In this document: positions 41,809 to 58,607 of the stretch, one piece after another | Position numbering within the stretch: the first letter of the stretch is position 1 | Layout of the letters: each line of letters starts with the position of its first letter | From: the human T2T-CHM13v2.0 reference genome, Homo sapiens | Assembly: GCF_009914755.1 (NCBI RefSeq) | Contig: NC_060929.1 | Length of the DNA stretch: 64,000 nt | Reading direction: 5' to 3' (one strand) | Notes under the pieces: generated by a model | What the model was told of the DNA's origin: nothing | What the model saw: the letters and a program-made list of their open reading frames with translations, nothing else | The model's database searches: none | Position numbers and translations under genes: made by a program

Positions 41809-44417
41809 ACTTGTACCCCAAATGTCAAAAATGTTATGTTCCATAGAGTGCATTGGACCCTGTGGATTTTAAGGGTACCTTAGAGTCCAACTGAGTTTGC
41901 ATATACTCACTCCCTCATCCTTTGCTAGCCAACTTTCTTGGAGCACAGGCCTAGAAATAGATTGGGGTGTTCTAGTCTCCTCAATAGGCTTACCTCTGAA
42001 GTTCCCTTATGACTAGCAGCTAATCTAATGTAATTTATAACAAATTGCTTCTCTGGTTCAAATAGATTTGGTAATACTTGTAGTTTAAAATTTAGTATCT
42101 CCTCTTACTGAATCTGAGAAAGTGTCTCTTGACATAAAATAATTAACATGTATAATTAGAGCTTTTAGTAATAATGCTGTGATTAGAAACTTTTGTATAC
42201 TGTGCATCATAGCAACTGAAGCTGTCATTAGAAAGGTAGAGCAGTGAGTGTAGATAAAGAAGAAGAAATCTATTTTATTTCTTATTCTTTCTTTGCTATT
42301 GATTACATGAAGGCATTGGAGGCCCTCTGACACTTTCATAATTTCTTAATAACAAAGAAATGTGTAAATCTCTTTCCAAGATATCATAATGGGAAGAACA
42401 ATAGTAATACTTTATACATACCTATGTAAAATTTTAGGCTAAATAAATAGCTTCCGTATAGTTGCTAAATATATACATTTTGGTTGAATGAATTCCTCAA
42501 TGTATTTGATCACAGTAAAATAGGCAGATTATTCTCTTTTATCTAGTAGAAGGGCACACCATTGGGAATTATACTAAGTGTGTATATGCACTGAGGGTAG
42601 CGTTAAAATGCCTACTGCACATATAGAGGAAATTTTAAATTCTGGAGTCATGCCAAAACATACTAGGTTGACAATTGCGTCTCTTCATATTTGCACTGCT
42701 GGGATCATAGACATGCTCAGATAGATGTGATAATGACACTGAGGTTCAAGTGACAATATGAGGCAAAAAATAATAGTAGAAGCAGTGGAACCATATAACA
42801 ATTTTATAGACCTTAGAAGGAAAAAGAAAACATAGACCAAATGAAAATTGGGCGCTAAGCTCTGCCTCTCTTCTCCGTCTCTTTTTCTTTCTTTATGTCT
42901 GTCTGCCCCTCTCTCTCTCAGCCTCTCTCTCTCACTCTGAGTGAGTTTTCTAAATAATCTTTTTAAGACAAATTTGGGGTGTCATTGTTCCTGGCAAATA
43001 CTTATACATTGATAGGGAGATGGAAGAGATAAAAAATGAGGATTGATAATAGACGAAAAGATGGTAGGCTAAATGTGAACTTGCAAATACATTTTTTATT
43101 GGCAAAAAGAAAAAAAGTCTGCGGGCTAAATTACTTCTGAAAACTATTTACACATCTATTTCCTATTTGATACTTTTCTTTGTGCGAATTTTACAAATTT
43201 CAGTGACCTAAATAAACTTCTGCCAGAAACCAAGAGAAGACCATTAATCTCATCTGCCAACAATGAAGCTAAATCAGGAATTGAAATCTCCTTCCTCAAG
43301 GCAACAATTAAATGAATACACCAAGCACACTGCTATACTATCTTCTCTGATCTAAACAGAATGACTAAAGATGTATGCTAATATTAACTCCTCAGATTCT
43401 TGATTTGACTTACCATCTGCAGTGCATCACATTTTGCTCACAATATGAACTGAATTCAAGTAATGCGATAATAGTCTTGAGATTCCAAATTTCAAGAAAA
43501 CAGAAATTTTAGTAACTAAATCCTTCTTTGCAAATTAGTCACAGAAATGAAACTAGTGCTTGAATAATATCTTTAATCCTGCTCAATCTATTCACTAATA
43601 TGAGAACTTGCTGAAGAATTGTGCAATATACTGCAACCTACTAGACACAGACTCTCACTATTGGGTTGACATTCACTAAAATTTACAATTATGTCAAAGC
43701 AAGATTTTATAGTAAAGTTTTATTTGCTTTAGCCAAATTTTAATCTAAACTATTGGGGAAAATTCTGCATTCATCCAGTGCATCTTCATGTTTTTGACTA
43801 GTTAACATGTTAATCAAGAAAAGAGCTATGCCGTCCAACTATTAAATAAGTTATTTGGAAAAGAAAAGAAATTTGTCTACGAATGTGTGAGTGAAATGTT
43901 TCCAAGAAGAAATTATAAATGGACTCTATTTTAGTTCTCTCCTATTACGAATGACAGGTTTAACATTCTTAGAAACCTTAAGAATACAATAACATCTTTA
44001 AAAGCCTCTAGGGATTATTGTACATTAATGTATCAGTCAGTAAATTATTTATCTAAAAATTAATCTTCCTAAACAGATTTCCACCCCCCTTCAATTTGAA
44101 AGCTAAACTTCTGAGGAGTCTCCACTTCAGCAACTTCATATCTGAAGAGCCTACATCTGTAAAAACATTTCAAATGAAAACACTAAGACAACCCCCAGAG
44201 AAGCAAATAAAATGGGAATTAAGTATATAGCAGCCTTTCTACGGTTACATTCCTAACAACAGCAGATTCTAATTTGATGCCAAACAGAGGTTATGTAACA
44301 AAATCAGTGAGCAATCTAGTTCTTTTGGTTTCAGTAGAACATTTAGGTGCTTCAGTAATTCTGTCTCTGTTTCCCCATTTATGCCAATATGGATGGATTG
44401 CGTGTCTCCGAGACCTA

Positions 44418-44432
44418 GAAGCAGAGGGCGCA
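44418..44432 (+). promoter_or_regulatory. Candidate CTCF motif
   Basis: gaAGCAGAGGGCGCa matches the core CCAGCAGAGGGCGC except at the first two bases. It lies in unique sequence that has kept its CpGs. Confidence 0.3.
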
Positions 44433-45102
44433 TTAGCTAGGAAGAAGCATGATTGTACACTAGAACAAGTGGCAGAAAAAGTGTACGACGAAACGTCTAG
44501 GCTCCAAGGGATATGCTGTTAATACAATTGCCAAAACACAAACGTCAAAGATGGATTTAAATTTTCAAGTCATAATTTAAAATTACTCAGCCAGACTTTA
44601 ACACTCTTACACAAACCACTTTATTCGTTAATAAGACCATGAACCAACAGTAAGAGAACCTACCTCCAAAAAAAGATACTAAGCCTACTTTAGGGTACTA
44701 GTAATATGTGTTGGGTTTTTTTTTTTTTTTTAATTCTCTCTCCAATTTACATCCATGGTCTGGACTATCTGTTAAATTTTAAAAACCATTTTTTTTTCTA
44801 AATTGTCATTAAGAATAACAAGACATAATCTTATAAAACATGAAGGCATTACAATTCTAAGTTTCAAGGAGTCTCCAATTTATCTTTAGAACTCAGGATA
44901 TAAATGTAGCCATTAGTTTTCACTCATTTCAGATTTTGGTAAAGGTGCTATAAGCATTTAATGAAGCATTTTTGATCCATTTCCACAATCAAGAAATGAC
45001 AAGATGTTATCTTCAGAAATGACTTGACAAGTGACTCTTGTGCAGAAAACTTTCAGCATGAGAACACTGGGTAGGCAGATTTGAGGCACAGTTTGAAGCA
45101 AA

Positions 45103-45342
45103 CTTTTAAATTGTGGTAAAATATACAGAACATAAAATGCACCATCTTAATTATTTTTAAGTGTACTATTCAGTGGAATTATTCACAATGCTGTGCAACT
45201 ATTTCCATTATCCATATCCAGAGCTTTTTCACATCCCAAACAGAAACTCTGGACCTATTGAACAGTAATTCCCCCTTCCTCTTTTCCCCTAGTTCCTTCC
45301 AGCCCCTGGAAACCGCTAGTCTACTTTCTGCATCTATGAATT
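45103..45342 (-). mobile_element. L1MB 3' end fragment
   Basis: ttgtggtaaaatatacagaacataaaatgcaccatctt...cagcccctggaaacc. Confidence 0.75.
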
Positions 45343-46023
45343 TAAAGCAAACTTTTATTATTATTTTTTTTAAGCAAAAAACAATCCAACAAACAGAACT
45401 CCTCCACTTCTATAGGGCATGGGCAGTCAGACAACAAGTTCATAAACCTGTCAGTGAGGCCATGGAGGCCTACTTTCCCCTGCATTTCAGCCGTCAAATT
45501 TTTTACATCTATTTTGACAGGTAGACCATACACAATCTTTTCATTTCTTTATGAATTTAGCGAATATTATCTGAGTGCCTACTTATGGCCGGTACTCTTT
45601 TAATTCTGGAAGAAACTAAGATAGACCTGGTCGCTGCCCTCGCAGCCCTCACATTCTGGTTAACACTGCTTCACTTTATCTCCAAACTCTGTAAAGCATG
45701 GAAGAGTGTGCAATTTTGATGAGATACCAATGATATGACACAAGCCTTGTGTCAATAACCCATTTTCAGCATCAGAATTGCTAGAACATTATCTACTTTT
45801 CACTATTATTTTTGGTCAGTGCTTTACAGGTGATAGATACAAGAAGAGTTGAACTCTATTCCCAATGGATGATGAATATTATGATGAATATTATGCCCTT
45901 ATGTTGGCCTTCTGGATCTCTGTATCATTTAATTCAATATCTGACAAAACATATAGAAACTAGTGATAGAAAAAGATATGCTTTAGGTTTTCTAATATTT
46001 TCTATTTTAAATATCCAATTTGG

Positions 46024-46272
46024 GATTCCATTTATATGAAATGCCCAGAATAGGCAAATCCAAAGGGACCAAAAGATTAGTAGTTAGGGGCTGGGATAGA
46101 AGAGAATGAGGAGTGACTGCTAATGGGTACAGGAGTTTCTTTTTGGGGTGATAAAAATGTCTTAAATAGTGGTGGTGGTTGTACAGCCTTGTGACTGTAT
46201 CAAACACTGAATTTTATACTTTAAAATGGTGATTTTACGTTGTGTGAATTATATCAATTATTTTAATAAAAA
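46024..46272 (+). mobile_element. L1MB 3' end fragment
   Basis: gattccatttatatgaaatgcccagaataggcaaatcc...ttatatcaattattttaataaaaaa. Confidence 0.75.
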
Positions 46273-47084
46273 ATTTAGGTATTCAATAAAGCTAGACACA
46301 ATGGTATTAGTGAGAACACATCTTTTAAGTCCATATATAGCTACCAGAGGGCCCTTCCTATGGACTGTAAAAAACAGGTCGGTCCATTCTGAAGTGGCTG
46401 CAAACAAGCAGTATATACTGGGACAATCTGTGAATTCAGATTCAGGCTGGGCAGCATCTGGACAGGAAGTAGAGGAGAAAATCATCTGGTCAGACAAGAC
46501 TGTCTCCCCATCAGCAGAGGCCCTAATACGTCCTTAAATCACACTCAAACCCCCACATCTGCTTGAAGCAACAGGAATTCGGGTCCAGATAGAAATTACT
46601 AGGATTTATCTGCAAGGGAACTCCTATGTTTATACAGACATGGTATTAGATATACCTGGTAGATTACACACCCCTCCTATGCAGTACATGCCCGCATTAA
46701 ACATGGAAACTAGACTTTCTCCATGAAAAACCACAGAAATTTTAAAGGTAAATCTGATTTTACCCTAAAATATTTGATATTTTCCTGTTACTAGGAAACT
46801 TATTCACCCACCCATGCCTGCACCCACTCACTGATTTATCTACTGTGGTCATACTCATTAACTCCTAGGCAAAATCAGTGTAAAAACATTCGATGCCACT
46901 TACAAATGGAATGGGTATTGCTAAAAGGACTACAAAACAGTGTTAATATTTCAGACTCCCCTAGTTGTAAGACAAAAAATAGTATGTAAACACTTGAGAA
47001 AAAAAGACAGTCATTTGAAATAGGAAAACCCGAACACTATGCCCACTCTGTTTAGAAACAGAAGTAACAGGCTGCTCAAGAACT

Positions 47085-48717
47085 CAGAGATGCACACAAT
47101 TATGATTTTATTTGTTAAGTTACAATAGCCAAAAGAGCTTTACAAAAGGCAAAATAAACTACACATCCATTTTAGAAAAGTCCTTTTTATTTCTTTAAAT
47201 CAGAGGCCCCCTCTAGCGTTTGAAAGCAGTCACAGGCAACACACAATGCAATTGAAAGTAAACAGTCACAGCATTTTACCGCAGACCTTCCAAAACATAA
47301 GGCTTGCTTCTGTTCCATTCAAGTGGCACAAAAATCAATGAGAGAAAAATAGCTAACCATAATTAATATTGCAAATTCCTGCTATGATTCAGATTCATTA
47401 TCCTCTCATTCAGTAATTTCTTTATTATTTACTGCTGGGTTATTTTTTACTAGATTAATACTCTGTTAATAAGGAAAAAATATATAATAAATATAGGGAC
47501 TTTAATTTCCCTAATAAGAAATATACCTCATTTGAAATGACCGAAAATTAATGTTACCATATATCCTACTCTGCTTTGATGGAAGTTATTGGTAACTTCC
47601 TAAAGTATATACTTAATTTTAACTTTATTATATTTGGAAATCAGAACTTTTTAAAGTACATATATTTTGAAATTCAACCTAATCTGTGACTTTGCTAAAA
47701 CTTTTTCAGTACTCAGTAAAAGGAGGTGGGAAACGTTGCTTTGAGGACAAATGTTGGCTCTGAAGAATATGATATAAAGGAACTCTTAAGAGTTTTTATA
47801 CAGACAGGGCACTGCATAAATCCAATGAGTGAATCTCGTGCGCTTTTGAAAACGATTGATTGAAATTAGCGGGAGTAAAAAATAGTTGATTTTCACTCTA
47901 TTTTTTCAGCTAATGTCTTTATGTGTCTGTTTCCATGTTCTATTACAGAGGGTTTAAGCTGACAGCTAGTATTACTATAACTGGAAAATAAAAAGAAATC
48001 TCTAATTTTAACAAAAGAAAACAATGCAAACTTGAGGAAGAAACCAACAGAGAAAACTATATTAAGCTAATACTTCATGTTCTTAAAAGTTATAAATACA
48101 CTGAAAATTTGAAAATTCAATAGCTCTTGAAACAAATTTAATCTGTATTAACTTTATTTAAATAAATGACCAATCTGTCACCCAACATGTCATGTGGCTT
48201 CTCTGCACTGATCTTGCTTTGTTTTCAAACTTGTCACTTGCAAATATTATAAGAAAAAAAGGTCATCTAAAATGAGTTAAACTGGTTACAATTGGTCTCA
48301 ACTTTTAAGAATTTACATTCAAATGGAATAGGACGCAGCGTTTTTAAAGTGCAAGATATACTCTTTTGGCTCAACATGAAACATTATAGAACTGGAAATT
48401 ACCGCAGTCATTTCTCCTACAACAAACTTAGTTAAAAGCTGTTTTGAAAGTTAGTTAGCCATCAGATTATAAACTATGAAAAACACTGAAAAGTCATTTA
48501 AAATGAGTATATAAATGCAAATTACAAATAAAACCAGTGTGGGAGAGGTAGCATAAAGTAAATAAGATCAAATAAATACTATACAATAACATACAAAATT
48601 TTGCTTATAAAAAATTGAAAATACCATTTTAAAACATCCATTTTCCTCACTTTTGAGGTTTTTACAAAGAAATTAAAATTTAGACTTAGAGTCTCTATAA
48701 AGCTTTTCCAAATGTTA
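47085..48717 (-). other. CEP120: CEP120 3'UTR (3' end approximate)
   Basis: Repeat-free AT-rich sequence after the stop codon, with AATAAA on the minus strand at 48153-48158, 47421-47426, 47186-47191 and 47107-47112. Confidence 0.7.
47107..47112 (-). terminator. CEP120: Candidate distal polyadenylation signal AATAAA
   Basis: tttatt on the plus strand, followed on the minus strand by U/GU-rich sequence. 47186-47191 is an alternative signal. Confidence 0.5.
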
Positions 48718-48960
<243 letters not shown>

Positions 48961-49164
48961 TCAAGAACAAATGCCACTGTAGCAACTGTGTTGGTTTTCT
49001 TAATGTCACTATTTAAAAACAAAATGATTCAATGGTAAGACAAGGTTTTAGTAATATTTTCAGGAAGAAAACAAACCAAAAAAAACCAGTGTTCCACTTG
49101 GCTAGTCAGAGTCTGCACATTTATAAAAGGCAACTTTAAAAACAATACTTGTTTTTCTAATTAC

Positions 49165-49233
49165 AAATACATGAAAACTAGATATTTTGGAGCTGTGACA
49201 AAATACATGAAAACTAGATATTTTGGAGCTGTG
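49165..49233. repeat. Perfect 33-bp tandem duplication (period 36)
   Basis: aaatacatgaaaactagatattttggagctgtg at 49165 and 49201. Confidence 0.95.
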
Positions 49234-49805
49234 TAAAGACAATAAAAATCATCTGTAATGTGATCCCAATTTGAGTAATATTTTTCTGTATTTTCAAGTT
49301 TAAAAAATGCATATATGTACTTAAAATATGTATTTTTTGAAAAACTTGATACTACATATGCAATTCTGTATACTACTTTTCTCATTTATATAGAGATTTT
49401 TTAATATCATTAAATGTTCCTCTAAATTGTTTTATAATATTCCATCATTTGGGGTATCATCATTTAGTCATCCTTTATTATTGGTCTTTAGGTTGCTCCT
49501 AAACCTTTGTTGTTGTATTGAACATATTTTTAAAAATTCATTCAACAAACATTTATTTGTGCCAAACACGTTTTGGGGATAGTGCAGTGAACCAAGAAAA
49601 AAATTCCCTACTATTATGGAGTTGAGTTGTATCTCTATTTGTAGAAAGTGAAATTCTTTACATATGCCTAGTTCAAAGGGCATATGCATGTTAAGGTTTT
49701 GTATGGATATCTTCAAGTTATGTTTGTTATAATCTCATTTGGGGATAAGAAAAGGAGAGTAGATGCTGACCTGCGATTTGGGTATTTCCAATAGAATACT
49801 GTTGA

Positions 49806-50079
<274 letters not shown>

Positions 50080-50879
50080 TCACTCTCTTAACCACTTCTT
50101 GGATGGCATGATATATTGCCCCTTACTGTCCTGGTCACATGCCATTGGAAGCTCTCTAGGTAGCTGATTTCCCTTAAAGTGTGTTGCACAGTGGTAAGAA
50201 CACCCCAGAGGTGATTTACCAGTACTGAATACTGAACACTACTTCCATGAACGTCCCTAACTGCACTGACTCTTCGGTAGCCAAATCACACCATTATTAG
50301 AGGCCACGTAAGTTCTCCTAGGCTTCTTCACATGAACTGTTTTATATCTTATCTATCACTTAAGTGATTTTTCTTATAGCTTATACAGAGGACTCTGCTT
50401 TTGTCTCTAATATATTTAATCTTGTTGGTTTCAGTTCTCTCAGAATCCTAATTTATTAAGACATTAGTAAGATTCAATTGTATATGATCTACAAATTTGA
50501 TAGGCAACATGGATATCTTTAACCCACCAAAACAGTGCTTAGCAAACAGCAGGAGCTAAATATATATTTGCTAAACTAGAACCAAGAAAGTGCTATATTT
50601 TGGAAGGCAAGGATATTATAATTCATTAATTTGTAATATCTTCCAAGTCTACAACATGGTAGATACCAAATAAATATTTCCTGAATAAATGAGAATAAAA
50701 GTACCACAGATTGAATGCTGTTAAGCACGGTCCTTAAAGCTGACCTTTTGCAACTGGTATTTCTTCAATTATCTTTTAAATATAGTTATTTAATTCAGCT
50801 AGGAACCCACTTAATATAGTGACCACATTTTTCTCCACTTCATACATGGAGATATAATAAGATACTGTTTTAAATGTAA

Positions 50880-51200
50880 TGTGTAGGCTCTGAACTGTGT
50901 CCCTGTCAAATTCAGATGTTGAACCCTTAACCTCTAATGTGATGGTATTTGGAAATGGACCTTTGGGAGACAATCAGGTTTAGATGAGGTCATGAGGGTG
51001 AACTCTCATCATGGGATTAGTGCTCTCCTAAGAAGAGACACCAGAGAGAGGACACAGTGAGAAGGTGGGTCTCTAAAACCAACCACACTGGCACCGTGAT
51101 CTTTGACTTCTAGCCTCTAGTACTGTGAGAAAATAAACTTCTGTTTAATCTACCCAGTCTGTGGTATTTTTTTTTAACCAGTCCAAGTTAACTAAAACTG
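50880..51200 (+). mobile_element. MLT1A-like MaLR LTR
   Basis: ctgaactgtgtccc...atgttgaacccttaacc...tactgtgagaaaataaacttctgtt. Confidence 0.75.
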
Positions 51201-51369
51201 CACTTTGCTCAAAGAAAAATATACTAGACCCTTGATAAACTAAGCTAAGAAGTCTTCCCCCAAAACCACCCTCCAAAAAGACTAGAATTCATTTTTATGC
51301 TGCTTCCTAGTGATTACTTTTCTAACATGAAACACTTGAAGTTGTGATTCAGATGAACGCAGCACTACA

Positions 51370-51625
51370 GAGAAGCCCAGTGTAGCACAGTAGTTAAAAT
51401 GCAATCTCTGGAATCGGATCTGAACTCTGGCTCCATGATTTACTAGCTACATGATCTTGAATAATGTTTAAGCTCTGTCTTTAATCTTCAATCTCTTCAT
51501 CTTGAAAATGGTGAAAATATCTTCCTCACAAAGTAGCTTTGAAGATTTAAAAAAAAAGGGCCGGGCAATATAAGACATTTAAAACAGCTCCTGGCACAAA
51601 GTAAGAGCTCATTAAGAGCTATTGT
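51370..51625 (+). mobile_element. MIR SINE
   Basis: agtgtagcacagtagttaa...tggctccatgatttactagct...cctggcacaaagtaagagctca. Confidence 0.75.
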
Positions 51626-51831
51626 TACAGATATTAATAATATAACAAAATTTGAAATTTCTTATACTTTATATAAGTGAAGACTCAGTTTAATAGTAGC
51701 AATAATCCTGATATCATCACACAAAAATAAATTTTAAAGTAGTAATGCTATAAATGGAAACACAAGAGCTGAATGGACTTGCCATAGCTGTATTCACAGG
51801 AAAAAAAAAGTTTAATAGTCTTTGGCATAGA

Positions 51832-52001
51832 CTTTTTTTCTTTCTTTTTAGATTTGACACAAGGTCTCACTCTGTCACTCAGGCTGGAGTGCAGTGTGGC
51901 ATGATCACAGCTCACTGCAGCCTGGAACTCCTGGGCTCAAACGATCCTCCCACCATCCTCTCAAAGTGCTAGGATTACAGGCATGCGCCACAGTACCCAG
52001 C
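51832..52001 (-). mobile_element. Alu monomer (FRAM/AluJ-like)
   Basis: Alu arm flanked by a tggcataga duplication. Confidence 0.8.
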
Positions 52002-52132
52002 TGGCATAGATTTTCTATTGTATATGTCTGCTACATTTTATATATTTTTATATATGATCTACTTTATCCTTGGGAGACCTCAAGTTGTACCTTCCCTGAA
52101 CCAAACTTTGGCTTTTGAAAGAAACACTTTTA

Positions 52133-52369
<237 letters not shown>

Positions 52370-52410
52370 CTATTTGACAACACCCATGATATAGCCACAC
52401 ACTGCCAATT

Positions 52411-52582
52411 CTTTTTTTTTTTAACAGAGTCTCACTGTGTTGCCCAGGCTGGAGTGCACTGGCTAGTCACAGGAGCAACGAAGCACACTACAGCCACAGA
52501 CTACTAGGTTCAAGCAATCCTCCTGCTTCGGCCTCTGGGCCCAAGTAGGAGTATCTGGGCCCAAGGTGTGTGCCCACCCTTG
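52411..52582 (-). mobile_element. FAM (fossil Alu monomer)
   Basis: Keeps the 7SL-like segment ggctagtcacaggagcaacgaagcacactacagcc. TSD cactgccaatt / cactgctaatt. Confidence 0.7.
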
Positions 52583-53774
52583 CACTGCTAATTTTATGAG
52601 TTATATATTAACCAGAAATACCCAGCTAGGTTTTCTCTAAACACTCTATTCTCTTTTACTATAAGTCATAATCCTTCAATCAGTGATTGATATTAGCTGA
52701 CTATCACAGGACAACGGAAGTTGAAGGCAAGAAAGAGGGTGCTATCAATACAATGAACTGTCAATACAATGAACAGCCAAAAGGCTAGTGGTAAGAGCAG
52801 CATCTGAGAAAAACATTATACAAAGATGTACCTAGAAAAATTCAATAACTGTCCCTATACAAATCACTAATTCCACTCCTACTTCAGTAAATATGCCTTT
52901 CCACTCTGTTCTCCAGACTCATACAAAAACCTATGCACATATATTCTTAAACAAAAATGAAAACAAACAATACATTCTAGTTTGCATTTTTAAAAAAGTT
53001 TAACAATTCTTCAGGTCAATAGATAAAGTCTTTTAAAATAAATGAGTAACATTCCACATAATGGATATTCCATGACTTATTCAACCACTTTCTCAATAAC
53101 AGACACTTTTGCTACTACAAACAATGCTGTAATAGGACACCTTGTCATCTATCACACAGTTAGCTCAGGAATCCTTACGTCATTTTCTTTTGTTTAGGAC
53201 AGAATCCCAAAGTGGGAGACCTGAGTCAATAGGTTTTTGTTAACTATTTTTTTAAAGTATTTATTGAATTGTAACAAACAGAAAACTGCCAAATGACAAG
53301 GTACATTTTGATATACTTTCACAAAGTAGACCACTCACATACCCACCATCCAGATCAGACTGCCAGAATCCCAGAAGTCTGTGTCTCCTCCCAGTCACTA
53401 ACCATTCACCTTTTCCCAACAATAACTACTACCCTAATTTTAAAAACAAAAATAAGTTTTGAACTTAACACAGAATCTATACAGTATGTATTTGTGTCAG
53501 GGTTCTTTCATTTAACATTGTTTTTGAGACTCATTGTTCTCTGTAGTTAATCATTTACATTATTATACAGCATTCCATTGAATGAATATACAATTTATTC
53601 ATTCCACTGCTGAAGGACATTGGGCAGTTTCCAGTTTTGAATTATAAATAATGGTGATGTGAAGATTTTATACATGTCTTTTGGAACACATTTGTATGCA
53701 TTCCTACTGGATATATACATAGGCTTCAAATTGCGTGGTCAGAGGATATAAGAATTACAACAGCATTAGTAAAT

Positions 53775-54081
53775 AGAGGTTTTAGTATCCTTTATCTGAA
53801 ATGCTTGGGGCCATAAGTGTTTTGATTTTGAAATATTTGCATATACATAATGAGATATCTTGGGGATGGGACCATCTAAACATGAAATTCATTTATGTTT
53901 CACATATACCTTGTATACACAGCCTGAAAGTAATTTTACATAACGTTTTACACAATGTTTTAAATAATTCTGTGTGAACTGTCACATAGGGTCAGGTGTA
54001 GATTTTTCCACTTGTGGTGTCCTGTCAGGGCTCAAAAAGTTCAGATTTTGAAGCATTTCCGATTAGGGATGTTCAACCTGT
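53775..54081. mobile_element. MER2 (Tigger-type DNA transposon)
   Basis: agtatcctttatctgaaatgcttggg...gagatatcttggggatgggacc...ttagggatgttcaacctgta. Confidence 0.8.
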
Positions 54082-56976
54082 ATTTCCAAACAGTTTGCAA
54101 AGTAGTCTTATCAATTCATACTTCCACTTGAGCATTCCAATGCTTTATATTCTTGCCAACACTTCATAATGTCATTTTTTTTCATTTTAGCCATTTGACA
54201 GGTTACATAGTAGTATCTCATTGTGATTTTATTTTGCACTATTCAAAGACCAGTGAGGTTGAACACGTTTCAATAGTTTTAATGACATTTAGGTATCTTT
54301 GTTCATAAAGTTCCTATTTAAGCTTTTGGTACTTTACTTGGTTGTCCATCTTCTGTTATTGATGTTTATAAATACTGGATAAGCCCTTCATCAATTATAT
54401 AAATTACAACTATTTCCCAGTAGTCTTCGGCCTGTCTTTTTACTCCATTAATGTTTTTTAATAAAGAGAAGTCCTTAATTTTAACATAGTTCAGATTTTT
54501 CTGTTTATTCCTTTTTGGTTAACCGTGCTCTTTCCTATTTAAGACATTTTTTTTGCCTGTCTCAATCTTGAAGATATTCTTTTATGTTACCCTTTTGAAG
54601 TTTCACTTTTTGCCCATGTAGAGCTCAAACTGACCTAGCAACATTTATTGAAAAACACCTCTTCTCTTGTTGCTTGGCAGTTATCACCTGTCACATATCA
54701 CCTCTGTCCATATATGTATGTTTTTGTTTCTGGATGCTCTAAACTGATCTATTTATCCTTACATTAACACTACACTGTTTTAATTACTGTAACTCTTGTA
54801 ACAATGTCTCAATATACGACAGTTCTTCTACATTTGCTTATTCTTCAAAATGATTTTAGCTATTCTTGGCTCTTACATTTTCACATAAATTTCCATTTCT
54901 AAGGCTAAAAAAAACCTGCTGAGATTTTATGATGATTATATTGAATCCACAGATCAATTTGGCCAAAACCAGTGTCTTTAAAATACTGATTTTTCAATCA
55001 ATGGAATGGTTTACCTAATTATGTAGGTCTTTTGATAATAGTTTATAGTTCTCTATATGCTAAGACTAACATATTTCTTTGATTATATTTTAGATGGTAG
55101 AGCTTTACAATTTTCACTTCCTAATTGCCTCTAGTAGACAAATAACATTGATTTTTACACACTGACTTTGTTTCCAGCAAACTTGCTAAACTCACTTATT
55201 CCTAATAGGTCAATGTAGATACTTTTTAGCTCTCTAAATACATCTGTGTTATCTGCAAATAAGGGTAGTTTTATTTTTTCCTTTCCAAATGATACAGTAT
55301 TTCTTTTTCTTGCCCTATTACACTGGCTAGAACACCTCTAATACAATGTTGAAAAGAAACGGTAATAGAGGGAAGGTTTCTCTCATTTCTGATCTCAGAA
55401 GAAAGTTCCATTATTTTAAGAATGTTTTTTGTAGGCTTTATGTAAAAACTCTTTATTAGATTAACAAATTTCCTGTCTAGTCTTAGTTTGTTAATGAATA
55501 TGACTTTTTCTGCAGCTATTGATATGATTTTTTTCTCCTTTAATCTTTGAATGTGGTAAATAACCAAGCTTGCATTTGTTTAGTAAATAAACTTCGTTGT
55601 GATGCTTACAAGTTTAATATCTTAAACTTGTATCTTTAATGTTTTAAAAGACTGGCCAATTAATTTTGTCCTTGTAAGCTTTTAGGATCAAGGTTATGCT
55701 AGTCTCATTAAAAAAAAAGTAAGCATTTTTCACTTCCCATTTTCTAAAATCTTTGTGTAAGATTAGTGTTATTTCTTCCTAAAATGTTTACTAAAATTCA
55801 AATGTGAAGACATATGGGTCTGGAGCCTTCTTTGTGGGCAGGTTTTTTATTAGATTCAATTTCTCTAATAGCTATAAGACTATTTCTATTTTCTGTTTCT
55901 TGGTGTATCAGTTTTGGAAGTTCTTCTTTCAAATTCACATGAAATTGTTCATACTATCCTCTTATCTCTGTAAATGTCTTTGAGATCTATAGTCTTGTCT
56001 CTTTTTTCAATTCCTGATATGGGTAGTTACTGTCTATTCTTGTCCTTGAATACTTGCTAAGGCGGGGTTGGGGTCCTTTCAAAGACATGACTTTTGGCTT
56101 CATTGATTTTTCTTGTACATTTTCCCCCATTTCATTAATTCTATTCATCTTATTTCCTTGCTCCCATTTTACTTTCTTCTTGTTCTACTGAGTTTTTGAA
56201 AGGAATATTTAGAGAGCAGATTTATTGTCTTATTTTCTAAACACAACTGTGGTTATACATTTCCCTCTAAGCACAGCTTTCACTAAATCCCACACTTTGA
56301 TGTGTTTTATGTGCACTATTTTTCAGTTCAAAGTATTTTCTAATTTTACTGTGGTCTCCAGTTTACCATGGGTTACGAGAAGTATACTACTTAATATTCA
56401 CTCATTTGGGGACATTTCTTATTATCTTTTTATTTCTAGCTAAATATCACTGTGGTCAGAGAACATATTCTAAATTACAATCTTCTGGAATGTGTTGAGA
56501 ATTGTAGTTTAATCCAACATATAAGCAACTTCGCTAAATGTTCCATGTGCACTAGAAAATAGTGTACATTCTGGACTTTTTTGATGAAGTGTTCTAGAAT
56601 ATACCAATGGTTAGTTGTGTTGCCCAAATCTTCTACATTATTACTTATTTTCGGTCTGTTTGCACCATCAGTTCTCAGGAGAGTTATGGTAAAATCTTCT
56701 ATCATTATAGATTTACCTATTTCTCTTTTTAGCTCTATTAATTTTTTTTATCTAATTTGTTGCTGTGTTACCAGGTACAAATGTAGAACTGTTGTCATCT
56801 TCCAGGTGGATTAACCCCCTTTTATAACTATGAAAACTCCCTTTACCTACAGTAAAATGCCTCTCGCCCTATAAGTCTGGTTTGCCTAATATTAAGTATC
56901 GCTAGACCAGCTTTCTCTTACTTAGTATTATTGTAGTATATATTTTCCTTCTGTTAGAATTCAACCATCCTATGTT

Positions 56977-58607
<1,631 letters not shown>

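Noticed and set aside
46340-47220. Additional CTCF-like motifs near 46341 and 47205
   Set aside because: Both mismatch the core GGC positions and are too weak to call.
52411-52582. 7SL RNA gene or pseudogene
   Set aside because: It lacks most of the S domain and is degenerate with a tail and TSD, which fits a FAM monomer.
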